A stretch of 64,000 nt of DNA, taken from the NCBI GenBank assembly GCA_043803945.1, contig JAZDJN010000111.1, positions 1-64,000 of the forward strand. Reading direction: 5' to 3'. Shown piece by piece: positions 21,578 through 31,420 of this stretch. The translations under genes and the position numbers were made by a program. Numbering within the stretch: the stretch's first letter is position 1; each line of letters starts with the position of its first letter. The DNA comes from a bacterium. GTDB lineage: Bacteria; Bacteroidota; Ignavibacteria; UBA10030. Under the pieces are notes generated by a model. The model searched no databases. It had not been told where the DNA came from and worked only from the letters and a program-made list of their open reading frames with translations.

Positions 21578-23629
21578 TTAATAGGCGGCAAGCTGTTCCA
21601 GTGCGGCGAGAATTTTCGCTTCATTCGGCAGCATGGCATTCTCCAGCGGCGGGCTGTAGGGAACCGGAGTGTCCAGGGCAGCAACACGCATCACCGGACC
21701 GTCGAGCGATTCAAAGCACTCATCAGCGATGCATGCAGCAATCTCTGCTCCAAATCCGGCAGTGAGTGTGTCCTCATGTGCAATGAGAACTTTGCCGGTC
21801 TTTCTCACCGAGGTAAAGATTGTTTCGATATCCAACGGATTAATTGTCCGGAGATCAATCACCTCAACACTGATTCCTCGTTCGTCCATTTTCCTGGCTG
21901 CTTCAAGCGATTTCTGGACCAGTGCACCGTATGTGATAATCGTGATATCGGTACCGGGCCGGCGGATTGCGGCAATCCCAAAGGGAAGCACATAATTCTC
22001 ATCCGGTTCCAGGCTCGATGCATATCCCTGCCGGTAGAGGCCTTTATGCTCCATAAAAATCACCGGGTCGTCGCCGCGAATGGCGGCCTTCAGAAGGCCT
22101 TTTGCATCGGCGGCATTGGATGGATAGGCAAGGCGAATCCCCGGAAGATGCGCCATGATACTTTCGATATTCTGACTATGGTAATGCCCGCCGTGAATAT
22201 AACCCCCGATGGGTACGCGGATGACCATTGGGCAAGACCATGTGTTATTCGACCGATAGCGATACATTGAAATTTCGTCGCGCAGTTGCATGAATCCCGG
22301 CCAGATGTAATCTCCGAATTGGATCTCCGGAACGGGTTTCCATCCTTTCAATGCCAATCCTGTTGCCACACCAATAATACTCGCCTCGGCCAGCGGCGAG
22401 TTGAACGCGCGCTCGTTTCCAAACTTTGTTGAGATCCCTTTCGTCGCTGTAAAAACTCCTCCCTTGCCATCGGCAACATCTTCCCCGAAGAGAATCATTT
22501 TCGGATTCCGTTCCATCTCTTCCTTGAGGGCGTGGTTGATAGCATCGACGAGCACGACCTTTGGACCGGAATGTTCGGGTTCCGTAAAATTCTTTGGGGG
22601 TTTCGCGTGCGATTCACCATAGACATAGAGAGACACCGTGGAAGGATCGGGTAATGGACGGGATTCTGCCCACTCGGCTGCAACATCTACTTCTTTCTTC
22701 ACTTCTTCCTGAAGTTCCAGAGCTTTAGTAGCAGTCAACAGTCCCTTCTCGATTAGATACTTTGTCATCAGCGGAATCGGATCACGCTTGCGATCCTGTT
22801 CGATCTCTTCCTTGCTTCGATACTTAGATTGGTCATCAGACGATGAGTGAGGAAGCAATCGGACAACGTGTGCATGAATCAAACTCGGCCCTTCGCCCTT
22901 CCGTGCACGAGCTACAGCTTTCTTCATCGCATCAAATGTTTCAATGAAATTCGTACCGTCAATCTCATTACAATCGAGTCCCTTGAATCCTGATACTGCT
23001 TCGGAGATTGATGCACCGGCAGTTTGACGTTTTACGGGAACAGAGATGGCATACTTGTTATCCTGGATAACGAAGATGACGGGAAATGCATCGCGGGCGG
23101 CCCAATTCACCGCCTCAAAGAATTCGCCTTCGCTTGTTGTCCCTTCGCCTGAAGAAACATAGACAACTTCATCGGTTCCCTCTTTCCTGGCAGCCATGGC
23201 TACACCAACGGCTTGTAAGAACTGCGTACCGGTTGGGCTCGATTGCGTGGGGATCCGAAGATCTATGCGCCCGTAGTGACCCTGAGGTTGACGGCCTCCG
23301 GTTGCAGGATCTTCAGCGCGGTGGAGTGAGATGAGGAAGATTTCTTCCGGTGTCATACCGAGATGCATCGCGAATGCCTGATCACGGTAGTAAGGAAATG
23401 CCCAATCGTGTTTTGGCCTGAGTGCAGCGGCAGCGGCAACCTGTGCCGCCTCATGACCAGAACCTCCGATATGGAAAAACGATTTACCCTGCTTGAGTAA
23501 AATGAGAATTTTCTCATCTGTCCTGCGGGCAATCAGCATAGTGCGATAGGCTCTGAGCAGTTCCTTATGTGATAGCTCAATTCCGGACGTGTTTTTCGAT
23601 GCCACCTCGGATTGCATCGCCATCCTCAC
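21578..23629 (-). CDS. Fused E1 alpha/beta subunit, probably branched-chain 2-oxoacid dehydrogenase
   Basis: GEGTTSEG TPP motif, HSSSDD, beta-subunit GEDVA.GKGGVF, HSQ, EHKGLY. Confidence 0.85.
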   Translation of the reverse strand: MRMAMQSEVASKNTSGIELSHKELLRAYRTMLIARRTDEKILILLKQGKSFFHIGGSGHEAAQVAAAAALRPKHDWAFPYYRDQAFAMHLGMTPEEIFLISLHRAEDPATGGRQPQGHYGRIDLRIPTQSSPTGTQFLQAVGVAMAARKEGTDEVVYVSSGEGTTSEGEFFEAVNWAARDAFPVIFVIQDNKYAISVPVKRQTAGASISEAVSGFKGLDCNEIDGTNFIETFDAMKKAVARARKGEGPSLIHAHVVRLLPHSSSDDQSKYRSKEEIEQDRKRDPIPLMTKYLIEKGLLTATKALELQEEVKKEVDVAAEWAESRPLPDPSTVSLYVYGESHAKPPKNFTEPEHSGPKVVLVDAINHALKEEMERNPKMILFGEDVADGKGGVFTATKGISTKFGNERAFNSPLAEASIIGVATGLALKGWKPVPEIQFGDYIWPGFMQLRDEISMYRYRSNNTWSCPMVIRVPIGGYIHGGHYHSQNIESIMAHLPGIRLAYPSNAADAKGLLKAAIRGDDPVIFMEHKGLYRQGYASSLEPDENYVLPFGIAAIRRPGTDITIITYGALVQKSLEAARKMDERGISVEVIDLRTINPLDIETIFTSVRKTGKVLIAHEDTLTAGFGAEIAACIADECFESLDGPVMRVAALDTPVPYSPPLENAMLPNEAKILAALEQLAAY

Positions 23630-23694
23630 TTTTCTCCTTCAACCATTTATGGAATTGTAAAAACACTCCTATACTGTTTTTTCGTATTCACTCA

Positions 23695-23837
23695 GCCACT
23701 GACGCTCACCTGCCCGCCTGTGCAGATACTTCAGTGGCAGGCGGGGAGCACACAGAGAAATGAAAATTACTAGATGTTTGACAGCGAGAGTCCAAAAAAA
23801 TAGTGAAAAACCTCTGTGCTCTCCGTGTCTCGGTGGC
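23695..23837. repeat. REP/MITE-like inverted repeat with nested palindrome
   Basis: GCCACTGA...GAGCACACAGAG / CTCTGTGCTCTCCGTGTCTCGGTGGC, with a CCTGCCCGCC...GGCAGGCGGG insert. Confidence 0.7.
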
Positions 23838-23866
23838 AATTGCTTGGGTACACTGAGCAATTATGA

Positions 23867-24583
23867 TTATTCAATTCTTTGACCGGCTTCGATTTCTCGT
23901 TCAAGCCGCTGAAGGCGATCTTCCAACTCAACCGGAGAAATTGCTTTTATTTCACACTTGAAGACGTTCGAAAACGAGTTCACCAGTTTATCCTGAACTT
24001 CTTCGAGAGGGATTGCATTGCCAAGAATTCTTTGCAGCGATGTTACCCCTTTGTGGAAGATGCCGCAGGGGATAATCCTGTCAAACTTGGTAAGATCGGT
24101 ATTGACGTTGAATGCAAATCCGTGCATCGTTCTCCAACGACTGACTTTTACACCAATTGCCGCTATCTTTTCTCCATTCACCCAGACTCCGGTCATGCCT
24201 TCTTCTCTCCCAGCAGTGAGGCGGTACTCATTCAGAGTGTGGATCATCATTTCTTCAAGATTCCGTAAGTAGAGATGCACATCCGGTGTATGATCGTTCA
24301 GGTTGAGCAAAGGGTAGCCAACGATTTGACCCGGCCCATGGTAGGTAATATCTCCACCCCGATCGATACGGAACACCACAATACCGTTAATCCGCAATTC
24401 GTTTTCGGAAGCGAGTAAATGATTCTCATCTCCCCCTTTGCCAATCGTATAGACATGGTTGTGCTCTGTCAGAAGGAACACATCCTCAAAATGGCCATCG
24501 AGCTGGAGCTTAAAGATTCTTCGTTGAAGATTCCAGGCATCGGCGTAATGTGTCCGGCCAAGATAACAGAGGGTTACAATCAT
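23867..24583 (-). CDS. lipB: Octanoyltransferase
   Basis: EH.HVYT.G, DRGGDITYHGPGQ, KIAAIG, HGFAFN, IIPCG. Confidence 0.95.
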   Translation of the reverse strand: MIVTLCYLGRTHYADAWNLQRRIFKLQLDGHFEDVFLLTEHNHVYTIGKGGDENHLLASENELRINGIVVFRIDRGGDITYHGPGQIVGYPLLNLNDHTPDVHLYLRNLEEMMIHTLNEYRLTAGREEGMTGVWVNGEKIAAIGVKVSRWRTMHGFAFNVNTDLTKFDRIIPCGIFHKGVTSLQRILGNAIPLEEVQDKLVNSFSNVFKCEIKAISPVELEDRLQRLEREIEAGQRIE

Positions 24584-24705
24584 TTCCAATTTTCCCATTT
24601 GCAGATACTCATGCTTGCTCTCCTGGAAAATACTCAACATGCAATCGAGTACACACTCAGAAATATTTCAGGAGCAGTCCTGCTAAGAACCTTCTCCTCC
24701 GCACA

Positions 24706-26106
24706 CTAAATGTGAATTGCCTTTCCAAAAGCATCTCCTGCGGCTTCCATAATTGCTTCAGAGAGCGTTGGATGTGCATGCATCGTCCGATGAATTTCTT
24801 CGTACGTCGTCTCGAGTGTTCGTGCGAGACCCAATTCGGCGATCATTTCGGTTGCTTCAGCACCAAGAATATGTGCACCTAACAATTCACCATACTTCTC
24901 ATCGAAGACGAGCTTTACTAATCCTTCGCTCTCTCCAATTGCCATGGCTTTGCCCAGTGGACGGAAGGGGAAACGCCCCACCTTCACTTTATAACCGGCG
25001 GCAATGGCCTCTTCTTCAGTCATCCCTACACTTGCCACCTGCGGCTGGCAATAGGTACAACCGGGAATGTTTGATCGGTCAAAACCGTGGGAAGTTTTAT
25101 TGGCCAGATGTTCGACAGCAACAATTCCCTGGTTCGAGGCAGCGTGAGCAAGCCATGGAGCACCGGAAACATCACCGATCGCATAGATTGTCTCTATAGA
25201 GGTTTTTCCAAATTTATCGACTACGACGGATCCACGCTCGACCTTCACACCGAGACTTTCCAGCCCGAGGTTCTCGACATTTCCCATCACACCAACGGCC
25301 ATCAAGGCAACATCGCCTGTGAGTTCTTTCGGACCCTCTTGTGAAGTAACTTTCACTGTTACTTGATCTCCGACGGTTACACCTTCCACTTTGGTGTTCG
25401 TCAGAATTTCGATGCCTTGTTTCTTCAGGCTCGTTTCAAGAAGCCTGGTGATCTCTTTATCCTCTTTTGGAAGAAGCGAGGGGAGCATTTCAACGATGGT
25501 TACTTTGGTTCCAAACGAGTTATAGAAGTATGCAAATTCAACGCCGATTGCTCCTCCCCCAATGACCAGCATCGATTTGGGCTGTTCGGGCAACGTCATC
25601 GCTTCGGTGCTGGTGATGATTTTCTTCCGGTCGATGGCCACCCCGGGAATGGTTCGAGGACGGCCGCCAGTGGCGAGAATTGTAAATTTTGTTTTGATGA
25701 TCTCGGTCACGGCTCCATTTTGTGTAACCTCAATAAAATTCTTTGAAGTGAGTTTTGCCGTTCCCGCGATGACCTCGATCTTATTTTTTTTCATCAGGTA
25801 TTCGACACCTTTGGAAATTCTCTCAGCAACACTGCGGCTGCGTTTGATAATTTTCGAAAAATCAAAGGTGAGGTCTTTGTAGGAAAAACCGAATTCTTCT
25901 GCACGTTTGAATTGGTTGTATAGTTCGGCGCTTTTTAAGAGAGCCTTTGAGGGGATACAACCCCAATTGAGGCAGATTCCGCCAAGTTTATCACGTTCGA
26001 CAAGGCCTACTTTCATCCCTAATTGTGCAGCACGGATAGCCGCGACATACCCTCCCGGTCCGCTTCCAATAATTGTCACATCAAATTGTTTTTCAGCCAT
26101 TGTCAT
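24706..26106 (-). CDS. lpdA: Dihydrolipoyl dehydrogenase
   Basis: GSGPGG, GGICLNWGCIPSK, HAHPTLSE. Confidence 0.97.
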   Translation of the reverse strand: MTMAEKQFDVTIIGSGPGGYVAAIRAAQLGMKVGLVERDKLGGICLNWGCIPSKALLKSAELYNQFKRAEEFGFSYKDLTFDFSKIIKRSRSVAERISKGVEYLMKKNKIEVIAGTAKLTSKNFIEVTQNGAVTEIIKTKFTILATGGRPRTIPGVAIDRKKIITSTEAMTLPEQPKSMLVIGGGAIGVEFAYFYNSFGTKVTIVEMLPSLLPKEDKEITRLLETSLKKQGIEILTNTKVEGVTVGDQVTVKVTSQEGPKELTGDVALMAVGVMGNVENLGLESLGVKVERGSVVVDKFGKTSIETIYAIGDVSGAPWLAHAASNQGIVAVEHLANKTSHGFDRSNIPGCTYCQPQVASVGMTEEEAIAAGYKVKVGRFPFRPLGKAMAIGESEGLVKLVFDEKYGELLGAHILGAEATEMIAELGLARTLETTYEEIHRTMHAHPTLSEAIMEAAGDAFGKAIHI

Positions 26107-26176
26107 CCTTTCAAGAATAGAATAGCCTGCTATAATCGTTATTCACGTTTCGCTCTACTCAAGAGACTTTTGTAGA

Positions 26177-26205
26177 AATATAGCCAGAACTGTTTCTAAA
26201 GGCAA
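26177..26205 (-). promoter_or_regulatory. Sigma70-type promoter of lpdA
   Basis: TTGCCT-N17-TATATT on the minus strand. Confidence 0.55.
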
Positions 26206-26476
26206 TGAACGCTTGCTGGCTGGCATGGATCGAAACGAACCAGTGAGACGAGAGCAAGCGGACTCATCCATCACACTGTTGCATCATACGCCTTCCTGGG
26301 TTACTGTGTAAATTCATGCCTTCGCTGATAACATCTTCAATAATTCAACACACACAGAGGCGCTTCTTGTTCCGCTGTTCATCCATAGATGCAGGAGAAA
26401 TATATTCTTCGTTTCCGGAAATACTCATTGATTATCTTTCACTTTTCACGTACTATAATAAAAAATTTTCCGTGAG

Positions 26477-26941
26477 ATGGCTGAAAACAAAGAGCGTGTT
26501 GTCGTCTCCAATCGAAAGGCTCGACACGATTATCACATACTCGAGACGATGGAAGCCGGTATTGTCCTCACCGGAACCGAAGTAAAATCGGTGCGGAAGG
26601 GCAATGCCAATCTCCAGGACAGTTACGCATCGATCAAGAATGGGGAAGTCTGGCTCATTGGTATGCATATCAGCCCTTATGAACAAGGCAGCATCTATAA
26701 CCATGAACCCCGGCGAACACGGAAACTTCTGCTCGCACGGAGGGAGATTCGGCGGTTGCTGACCAGAGTGCAGGAAAAAGGTCTTTCCCTGATCCCATTG
26801 GCGGTTTATTTCAAAGGGCCTTATGCAAAAGTGGAACTTTCGATCGCGCAGGGCAAGAAATCGTATGATAAGCGGGAAGCTATTAAGCAGCGTGATGCAA
26901 AACGCGAGATTGCACAGCATTTAAAAAGATCAACTTCATAG
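26477..26941 (+). CDS. smpB: SsrA-binding protein
   Basis: NRKARHDY, EAGIVLTGTEVKS, RKLLL, GKK.YDKRE. Confidence 0.97.
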   Translation: MAENKERVVVSNRKARHDYHILETMEAGIVLTGTEVKSVRKGNANLQDSYASIKNGEVWLIGMHISPYEQGSIYNHEPRRTRKLLLARREIRRLLTRVQEKGLSLIPLAVYFKGPYAKVELSIAQGKKSYDKREAIKQRDAKREIAQHLKRSTS

Positions 26942-26959
26942 AGGAGCGGCACCCAGAAA

Positions 26960-28177
26960 TTGTTCCCACCACTACATGAACAGATGGATCTCATCAAACG
27001 GGGCTCGTTTGAGATTATTCCAGAAGAAGACCTCGTTAAAAAGATTGAGAAATCCATTGCCACTGCGAAGGCTTTACGCGTCAAGCTCGGCTGTGATCCG
27101 AGCCGGCCCGATCTCCATCTCGGCCATTCTGTAGTTCTTCGAAAACTCAGGCAATTCCAAGACCTAGGCCATCAAGCGATTTTGATTATCGGTGATTTTA
27201 CCGGCATGATCGGTGACCCGTCGGGAATAAATAAAACACGCCCCTCCCTTTCGCTGGAGGAGACACATCAAAATGGCCAATCGTACTTTGAGCAGGCCAC
27301 AAAAATTCTCTCCACCAAGAATGTCCGGATGGAATATAATTCTACCTGGCTTGGGAAAATGAGTTTTGCCGATGTAATTTTACTCGCAAGTAAATACACC
27401 GTCGCTCGTATGCTCGAACGGGATGATTTCACCAATCGCTACAAAGCCGGTGAACCGATCAGCGTGCATGAATTCCTCTATCCTCTCGCTCAGGCTATGG
27501 ACTCCGTTGCCATTGAAGCGGACATTGAGTTGGGAGGCACAGATCAGAAGTTCAATCTTTTAGTTGGACGCGACATCCAGCGGGAATATGGCCTCGAACC
27601 CCAGGTGATTCTGACGATGCCGATCCTGGCTGGAACCGACGGTGTCGATAAGATGAGCAAATCGCTTGATAACTATATTGGGATTAATGAGACGTCAAAA
27701 GAGATTTACGGGAAGACGCTAAGGATCCCCGATAAACTCATCTATTCCTACTTTGAACTGGCAAGCGACACATCCAATGAGGAGTTGCTCAAGTTAAAAA
27801 AACAGCTTGCCGATCCAGAGGTGAATCCTCGAGATATCAAACGTCAGTTGGCCCGAACCTTCGTTCGAATGTACTATAGTGCCGAAATAGCTGCTCGTGC
27901 TGAAACGGAATTTGACAGGATCTTTATTCAAAAAGAAATCCCTGATATCGTGGAAGAATTTGTTCTTTCCGTCGATAGCGGCATCACCACTATCGCGGCG
28001 CTGCTGGCACTGGTGAAACTTGCTTCCTCAAAGAGTGAAGCGCGACGGTTAATCGATCAGGGGGGCGTTTCCATTGACGGTTTGAAAATTACCTCTGTGA
28101 ATTCCCCTCTCCCGGAAAAGCCAGCCTACATTCTTAAAGTAGGAAAACGAAAATTCTTAAAAATCATTCAACAATAA
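26960..28177 (+). CDS. tyrS: Tyrosine--tRNA ligase
   Basis: HLGH and KMSKS motifs, GGTDQKFN, C-terminal S4 domain. Confidence 0.97.
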   Translation: MFPPLHEQMDLIKRGSFEIIPEEDLVKKIEKSIATAKALRVKLGCDPSRPDLHLGHSVVLRKLRQFQDLGHQAILIIGDFTGMIGDPSGINKTRPSLSLEETHQNGQSYFEQATKILSTKNVRMEYNSTWLGKMSFADVILLASKYTVARMLERDDFTNRYKAGEPISVHEFLYPLAQAMDSVAIEADIELGGTDQKFNLLVGRDIQREYGLEPQVILTMPILAGTDGVDKMSKSLDNYIGINETSKEIYGKTLRIPDKLIYSYFELASDTSNEELLKLKKQLADPEVNPRDIKRQLARTFVRMYYSAEIAARAETEFDRIFIQKEIPDIVEEFVLSVDSGITTIAALLALVKLASSKSEARRLIDQGGVSIDGLKITSVNSPLPEKPAYILKVGKRKFLKIIQQ

Positions 28178-28207
28178 TATCGGAACCACCGAGAGGGAGA
28201 TGAGACA

Positions 28208-28753
28208 GTGTTCGTCCCAACTAAAATATTCTTCACCAAAGGAGTCGGCAGGCATAAAGACTATCTGCAATCGTTCGAGCTGGCGTTACGCGATGCGGGC
28301 ATAGAGATCTGCAACCTCGTAAGTGTCTCGAGTATCTATCCGCCGAATTGCAAACGGATCAGCAAAGAAGAGGGTTTGAAGCTGCTGCAGCCGGGTCAGA
28401 TCACATTCTGCGTCATGGCGCGCAATGCGACGAACGAACCCAACCGATTGATTGCGGCTTCAATCGGAGTTGCACAACCTGCCGACGCAAGTATGTATGG
28501 CTATCTTTCCGAGCATCATCCTTTTGGCGAGACGGACGAGCGTGCAGGCGACTATTCGGAAGACCTGGCAGCAACGATGCTCGCTTCGACACTTGGCGTT
28601 GAATTCGATTCGAATACTGCATGGGATGAGCGTGAAAAGATGTTTAAAATGTCGGGCAAGATCGTTCGCACCTTTAATGTCACTCAATCGGCCGAGGGTG
28701 ACAAGAATGGTTTGTGGACGACGGTTGTCGGTGTCGCCGTCCTGCTCCCTTGA
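28208..28753 (+). CDS. pdaD: Pyruvoyl-dependent arginine decarboxylase
   Basis: [22 protein letters not shown] self-cleavage site, GYLSEHH. Confidence 0.9.
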   Translation: MFVPTKIFFTKGVGRHKDYLQSFELALRDAGIEICNLVSVSSIYPPNCKRISKEEGLKLLQPGQITFCVMARNATNEPNRLIAASIGVAQPADASMYGYLSEHHPFGETDERAGDYSEDLAATMLASTLGVEFDSNTAWDEREKMFKMSGKIVRTFNVTQSAEGDKNGLWTTVVGVAVLLP

Positions 28754-28774
28754 TATGCGCTTTCCTTACCGCAT

Positions 28775-28805
28775 AAAAAAGCCTTCCATGCGGAAGGCTT
28801 TTTTT
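28775..28805. terminator. Bidirectional terminator between pdaD and rsmI
   Basis: AAAAAAGCCTTCC-atgc-GGAAGGCTTTTTT between convergent genes. Confidence 0.85.
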
Positions 28806-28823
28806 AGAACACTGTTGCTCTGG

Positions 28824-29501
28824 TCATGATTTTCCTTCAAGCACCACCACAAATTCTCCTTTCATCTTCGATCGAGAAAATTCCTTAAAGAGCGTTGGTC
28901 CCGTTCCATAATAGATTTTTTCCGTTGGCAAGGTAATATCGAAAGCCACACACAATCTGCGTGATTCTCCAAAGACCTCGGCAATATCCCGAATCAACTG
29001 TGTCAATCGGTAAGGCGCATCCATCAGCACTACCGTGCGCGATTCCCTCCTGAGACCATGGAGCTGCGCGATGCGTTTCTCTTTCTTCGGAGAAAGGAAA
29101 CCCTGGAACACGAATTCGTCGATCTCGAATCCGGAGACAATTAACGCAGGGAGGAGTGATGAAGCACCAGGAACCGGCACAATCCGAATTCCTGTTTTAA
29201 TGGCCTTTTGGACGAGGAGTTGGCCAGGATCAGAAAATACGGGAGTACCGGCATCAGAAATCAGAGCGATAGATTTTCCCCGCTTCAACTCTTCCAAAAT
29301 AATTTGTGACGACTCTTCCTCGTTGTGCTCATTCAGACATTCGACAGGTTTCTCAATGTCGAAATGCCGCAGCAGACGGGAGCCCTCTTTTTTCTCTTCA
29401 TAGACAACAAGGTCAATGGTCTTGAGTACTCGCAAAGCCCGAAAGGTGATATCCTCAAGATTTCCGATTGGTGTGGCAACAAGGTAGAGAGTACCGGTCA
29501 T
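28824..29501 (-). CDS. rsmI: 16S rRNA C1402 2'-O-methyltransferase
   Basis: LYLVATPIGNLEDIT, SDAGTP..SDPG, KGEFVVV. Confidence 0.93.
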   Translation of the reverse strand: MTGTLYLVATPIGNLEDITFRALRVLKTIDLVVYEEKKEGSRLLRHFDIEKPVECLNEHNEEESSQIILEELKRGKSIALISDAGTPVFSDPGQLLVQKAIKTGIRIVPVPGASSLLPALIVSGFEIDEFVFQGFLSPKKEKRIAQLHGLRRESRTVVLMDAPYRLTQLIRDIAEVFGESRRLCVAFDITLPTEKIYYGTGPTLFKEFSRSKMKGEFVVVLEGKS

Positions 29502-29513
29502 GGCGTTTTTCGA

Positions 29514-30818
29514 TCAGCTCTGTGAATGATATTTACTCAGCGGGATCCCCCGTTTATTGGCTTCCCATTCCCGTACGAGAAGAATGATCAGCGCTGTTGT
29601 TGGGACTGCAATCAACAGTCCGAGGAAACCGAGGAAGAAATAGAAAACAAGGATTGAAAAGATGATAAGGAGGGGGTGCATCCCAACTTTCGTTCCCACG
29701 ATTTTTGGTGACAAGTACATCGTCTCGGCCAGACGCAAGCCCTCCACCCAGAGCATAACAAAGAGCACCTTTTCAAGCGTGTGTGTGTCGCTCATTGATG
29801 CAACAACGATGGAGACTACCATCGTAATGATCAATCCAAAGTATGGTACAAGATCGAGAGCCGCCGCGAGAACACCGAGCATCAGTGAATATTTTATTCC
29901 GACGAGGGAGAAGGCAACAAACACCAAGATGCCCTGCAGGAAGGCAATCGTGAGGATTCCCCGCAAGTAAAGCCCAATGACCTGGTCGCCAAGTCGAGCA
30001 TATTCAGAAACCCGGTCACGATATATGTGCGGGATGAGATTGAGAATGAAGTGAATGATCTTGGGAAAGTCCGCGAGAATATAAAATGTGAGAAAAGGAA
30101 CGAGCACAACATAGAAGATTTGAGTAACCAGTCCACCCACGCTGCTTATAAGGGTAATGATACTCTCGAAGAGATTCTTTAAAATATTCTCCAGCTTCGG
30201 CGCAAAACTGGTTTCGAGGGTCTTTCGTAACTCCTGCGATGAGATCCCATACTTCTGCAGCACTTTCACCGCTTCTCCATTCAAGAGCCAATTATTAAAA
30301 TCAGAAAAGAGTTTTGAGAGTGAATCGAGTATCCCTTGAAATTGACTCAGCGCAACTGGTAGGACAAGGAACAGAATTAACGTGATGATCCCGATAAGGA
30401 GGAGTATGAGGATAAGTGCCGAGACCCACCGGGGTACTCCCCAGGTTTCGGTTTTATCAACAATGGGATTCATGACGTACGCAAGAACCATTGCAAAAAC
30501 AAATGGAGCCAGCAATGAGGAAATCGTCACCACAAACCAGATGGCAAAAAGAATGACGCTTAACCACATGATTTTTTTGACGATGGAATAACCCCGCAGC
30601 GGAAAGAGCAGAAACAGAATTGCACCTAAAATCAGGAAGGGTGAAAGTATATTCTGAATCGTGTAAATCAGAAGTAAAAGGAGCAGGATCGCGCCGACGA
30701 TCATCACCAGCTCAATCCCCCCCAGTGAATTGAACAGTGCATCCCACTGATAATCTTTCTCACCATTCTGTGCTACTGGTTCACTCTGTTCAACCGCTAT
30801 TTTCTTCTTGCGTGCCAT
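29514..30818 (-). CDS. AI-2E family transporter
   Basis: Multi-pass membrane protein; LAY.MNPIV, VPYFG, PKIVG..VGMHP motifs. Confidence 0.85.
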   Translation of the reverse strand: MARKKKIAVEQSEPVAQNGEKDYQWDALFNSLGGIELVMIVGAILLLLLLIYTIQNILSPFLILGAILFLLFPLRGYSIVKKIMWLSVILFAIWFVVTISSLLAPFVFAMVLAYVMNPIVDKTETWGVPRWVSALILILLLIGIITLILFLVLPVALSQFQGILDSLSKLFSDFNNWLLNGEAVKVLQKYGISSQELRKTLETSFAPKLENILKNLFESIITLISSVGGLVTQIFYVVLVPFLTFYILADFPKIIHFILNLIPHIYRDRVSEYARLGDQVIGLYLRGILTIAFLQGILVFVAFSLVGIKYSLMLGVLAAALDLVPYFGLIITMVVSIVVASMSDTHTLEKVLFVMLWVEGLRLAETMYLSPKIVGTKVGMHPLLIIFSILVFYFFLGFLGLLIAVPTTALIILLVREWEANKRGIPLSKYHSQS

Positions 30819-30819
30819 C

Positions 30820-31293
30820 TTACTCCCCTTTATGCATTGACTTGCCGGTATGCCCAAAACCACCAGCCCCCCGATCCGTTTCGGCAATCTGAGTGACCTC
30901 ATCCCATGTCACCCGTTCATAGCGGTGCACAACCATTTGAGCGATCCTATCGCCGTGTTTCAGGTGAAACGGCTGGGAGCTAAAATTCGTGAGTATGACT
31001 TTAATTTCTCCTCGATAATCGGAGTCGATCGTTCCCGGTGAATTCAAAATTCCGATGCCATGCTTGATCGCTAAACCGCTACGCGGCCGGACTTGCGCTT
31101 CAAATCCTTCCGGTAATTCAATCCGATACCCGGTCGGGATCAACTTTGTTTCGTTCGGTTGAATAATGATTTCTTCTTTCACCGCAGCAAACAGGTCCAT
31201 TCCTGCCGAACCTTCGGTCGCATAGGCCGGAAGCGGAAATTCGTTCTTCTTAGGATTGATACGGGCGATTTTTATTGTGATATGTTCGGACAC
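30820..31293 (-). CDS. dut: dUTP diphosphatase
   Basis: [34 protein letters not shown]. Confidence 0.97.
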   Translation of the reverse strand: MSEHITIKIARINPKKNEFPLPAYATEGSAGMDLFAAVKEEIIIQPNETKLIPTGYRIELPEGFEAQVRPRSGLAIKHGIGILNSPGTIDSDYRGEIKVILTNFSSQPFHLKHGDRIAQMVVHRYERVTWDEVTQIAETDRGAGGFGHTGKSMHKGE

Positions 31294-31326
31294 AATCTGC
31301 TTTCAAGGTTACGGATGTGATATGCA

Positions 31327-31355
31327 AATATAACGAAGGGTGTATCTATTTGCAA
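31327..31355 (-). promoter_or_regulatory. Sigma70-type promoter of dut
   Basis: TTGCAA-N17-TATATT on the minus strand. Confidence 0.55.
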
Positions 31356-31365
31356 TGAACGTACA

Positions 31366-31400
31366 AGAAAAAGCCCCGACTCGAACATCAAAGCCGGGGC
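31366..31400 (-). terminator. Terminator after the anti-sigma gene
   Basis: Minus strand GCCCCGGCT...AGTCGGGGC-TTTTTCTT. Confidence 0.75.
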
Positions 31401-31420
31401 CTGAAAATTCTTCTCAATGG

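Noticed and set aside
26210-26400. Possible tmRNA or sRNA next to smpB
   Set aside because: No GGGG 5' end, T-arm/CCA end or tag ORF visible.
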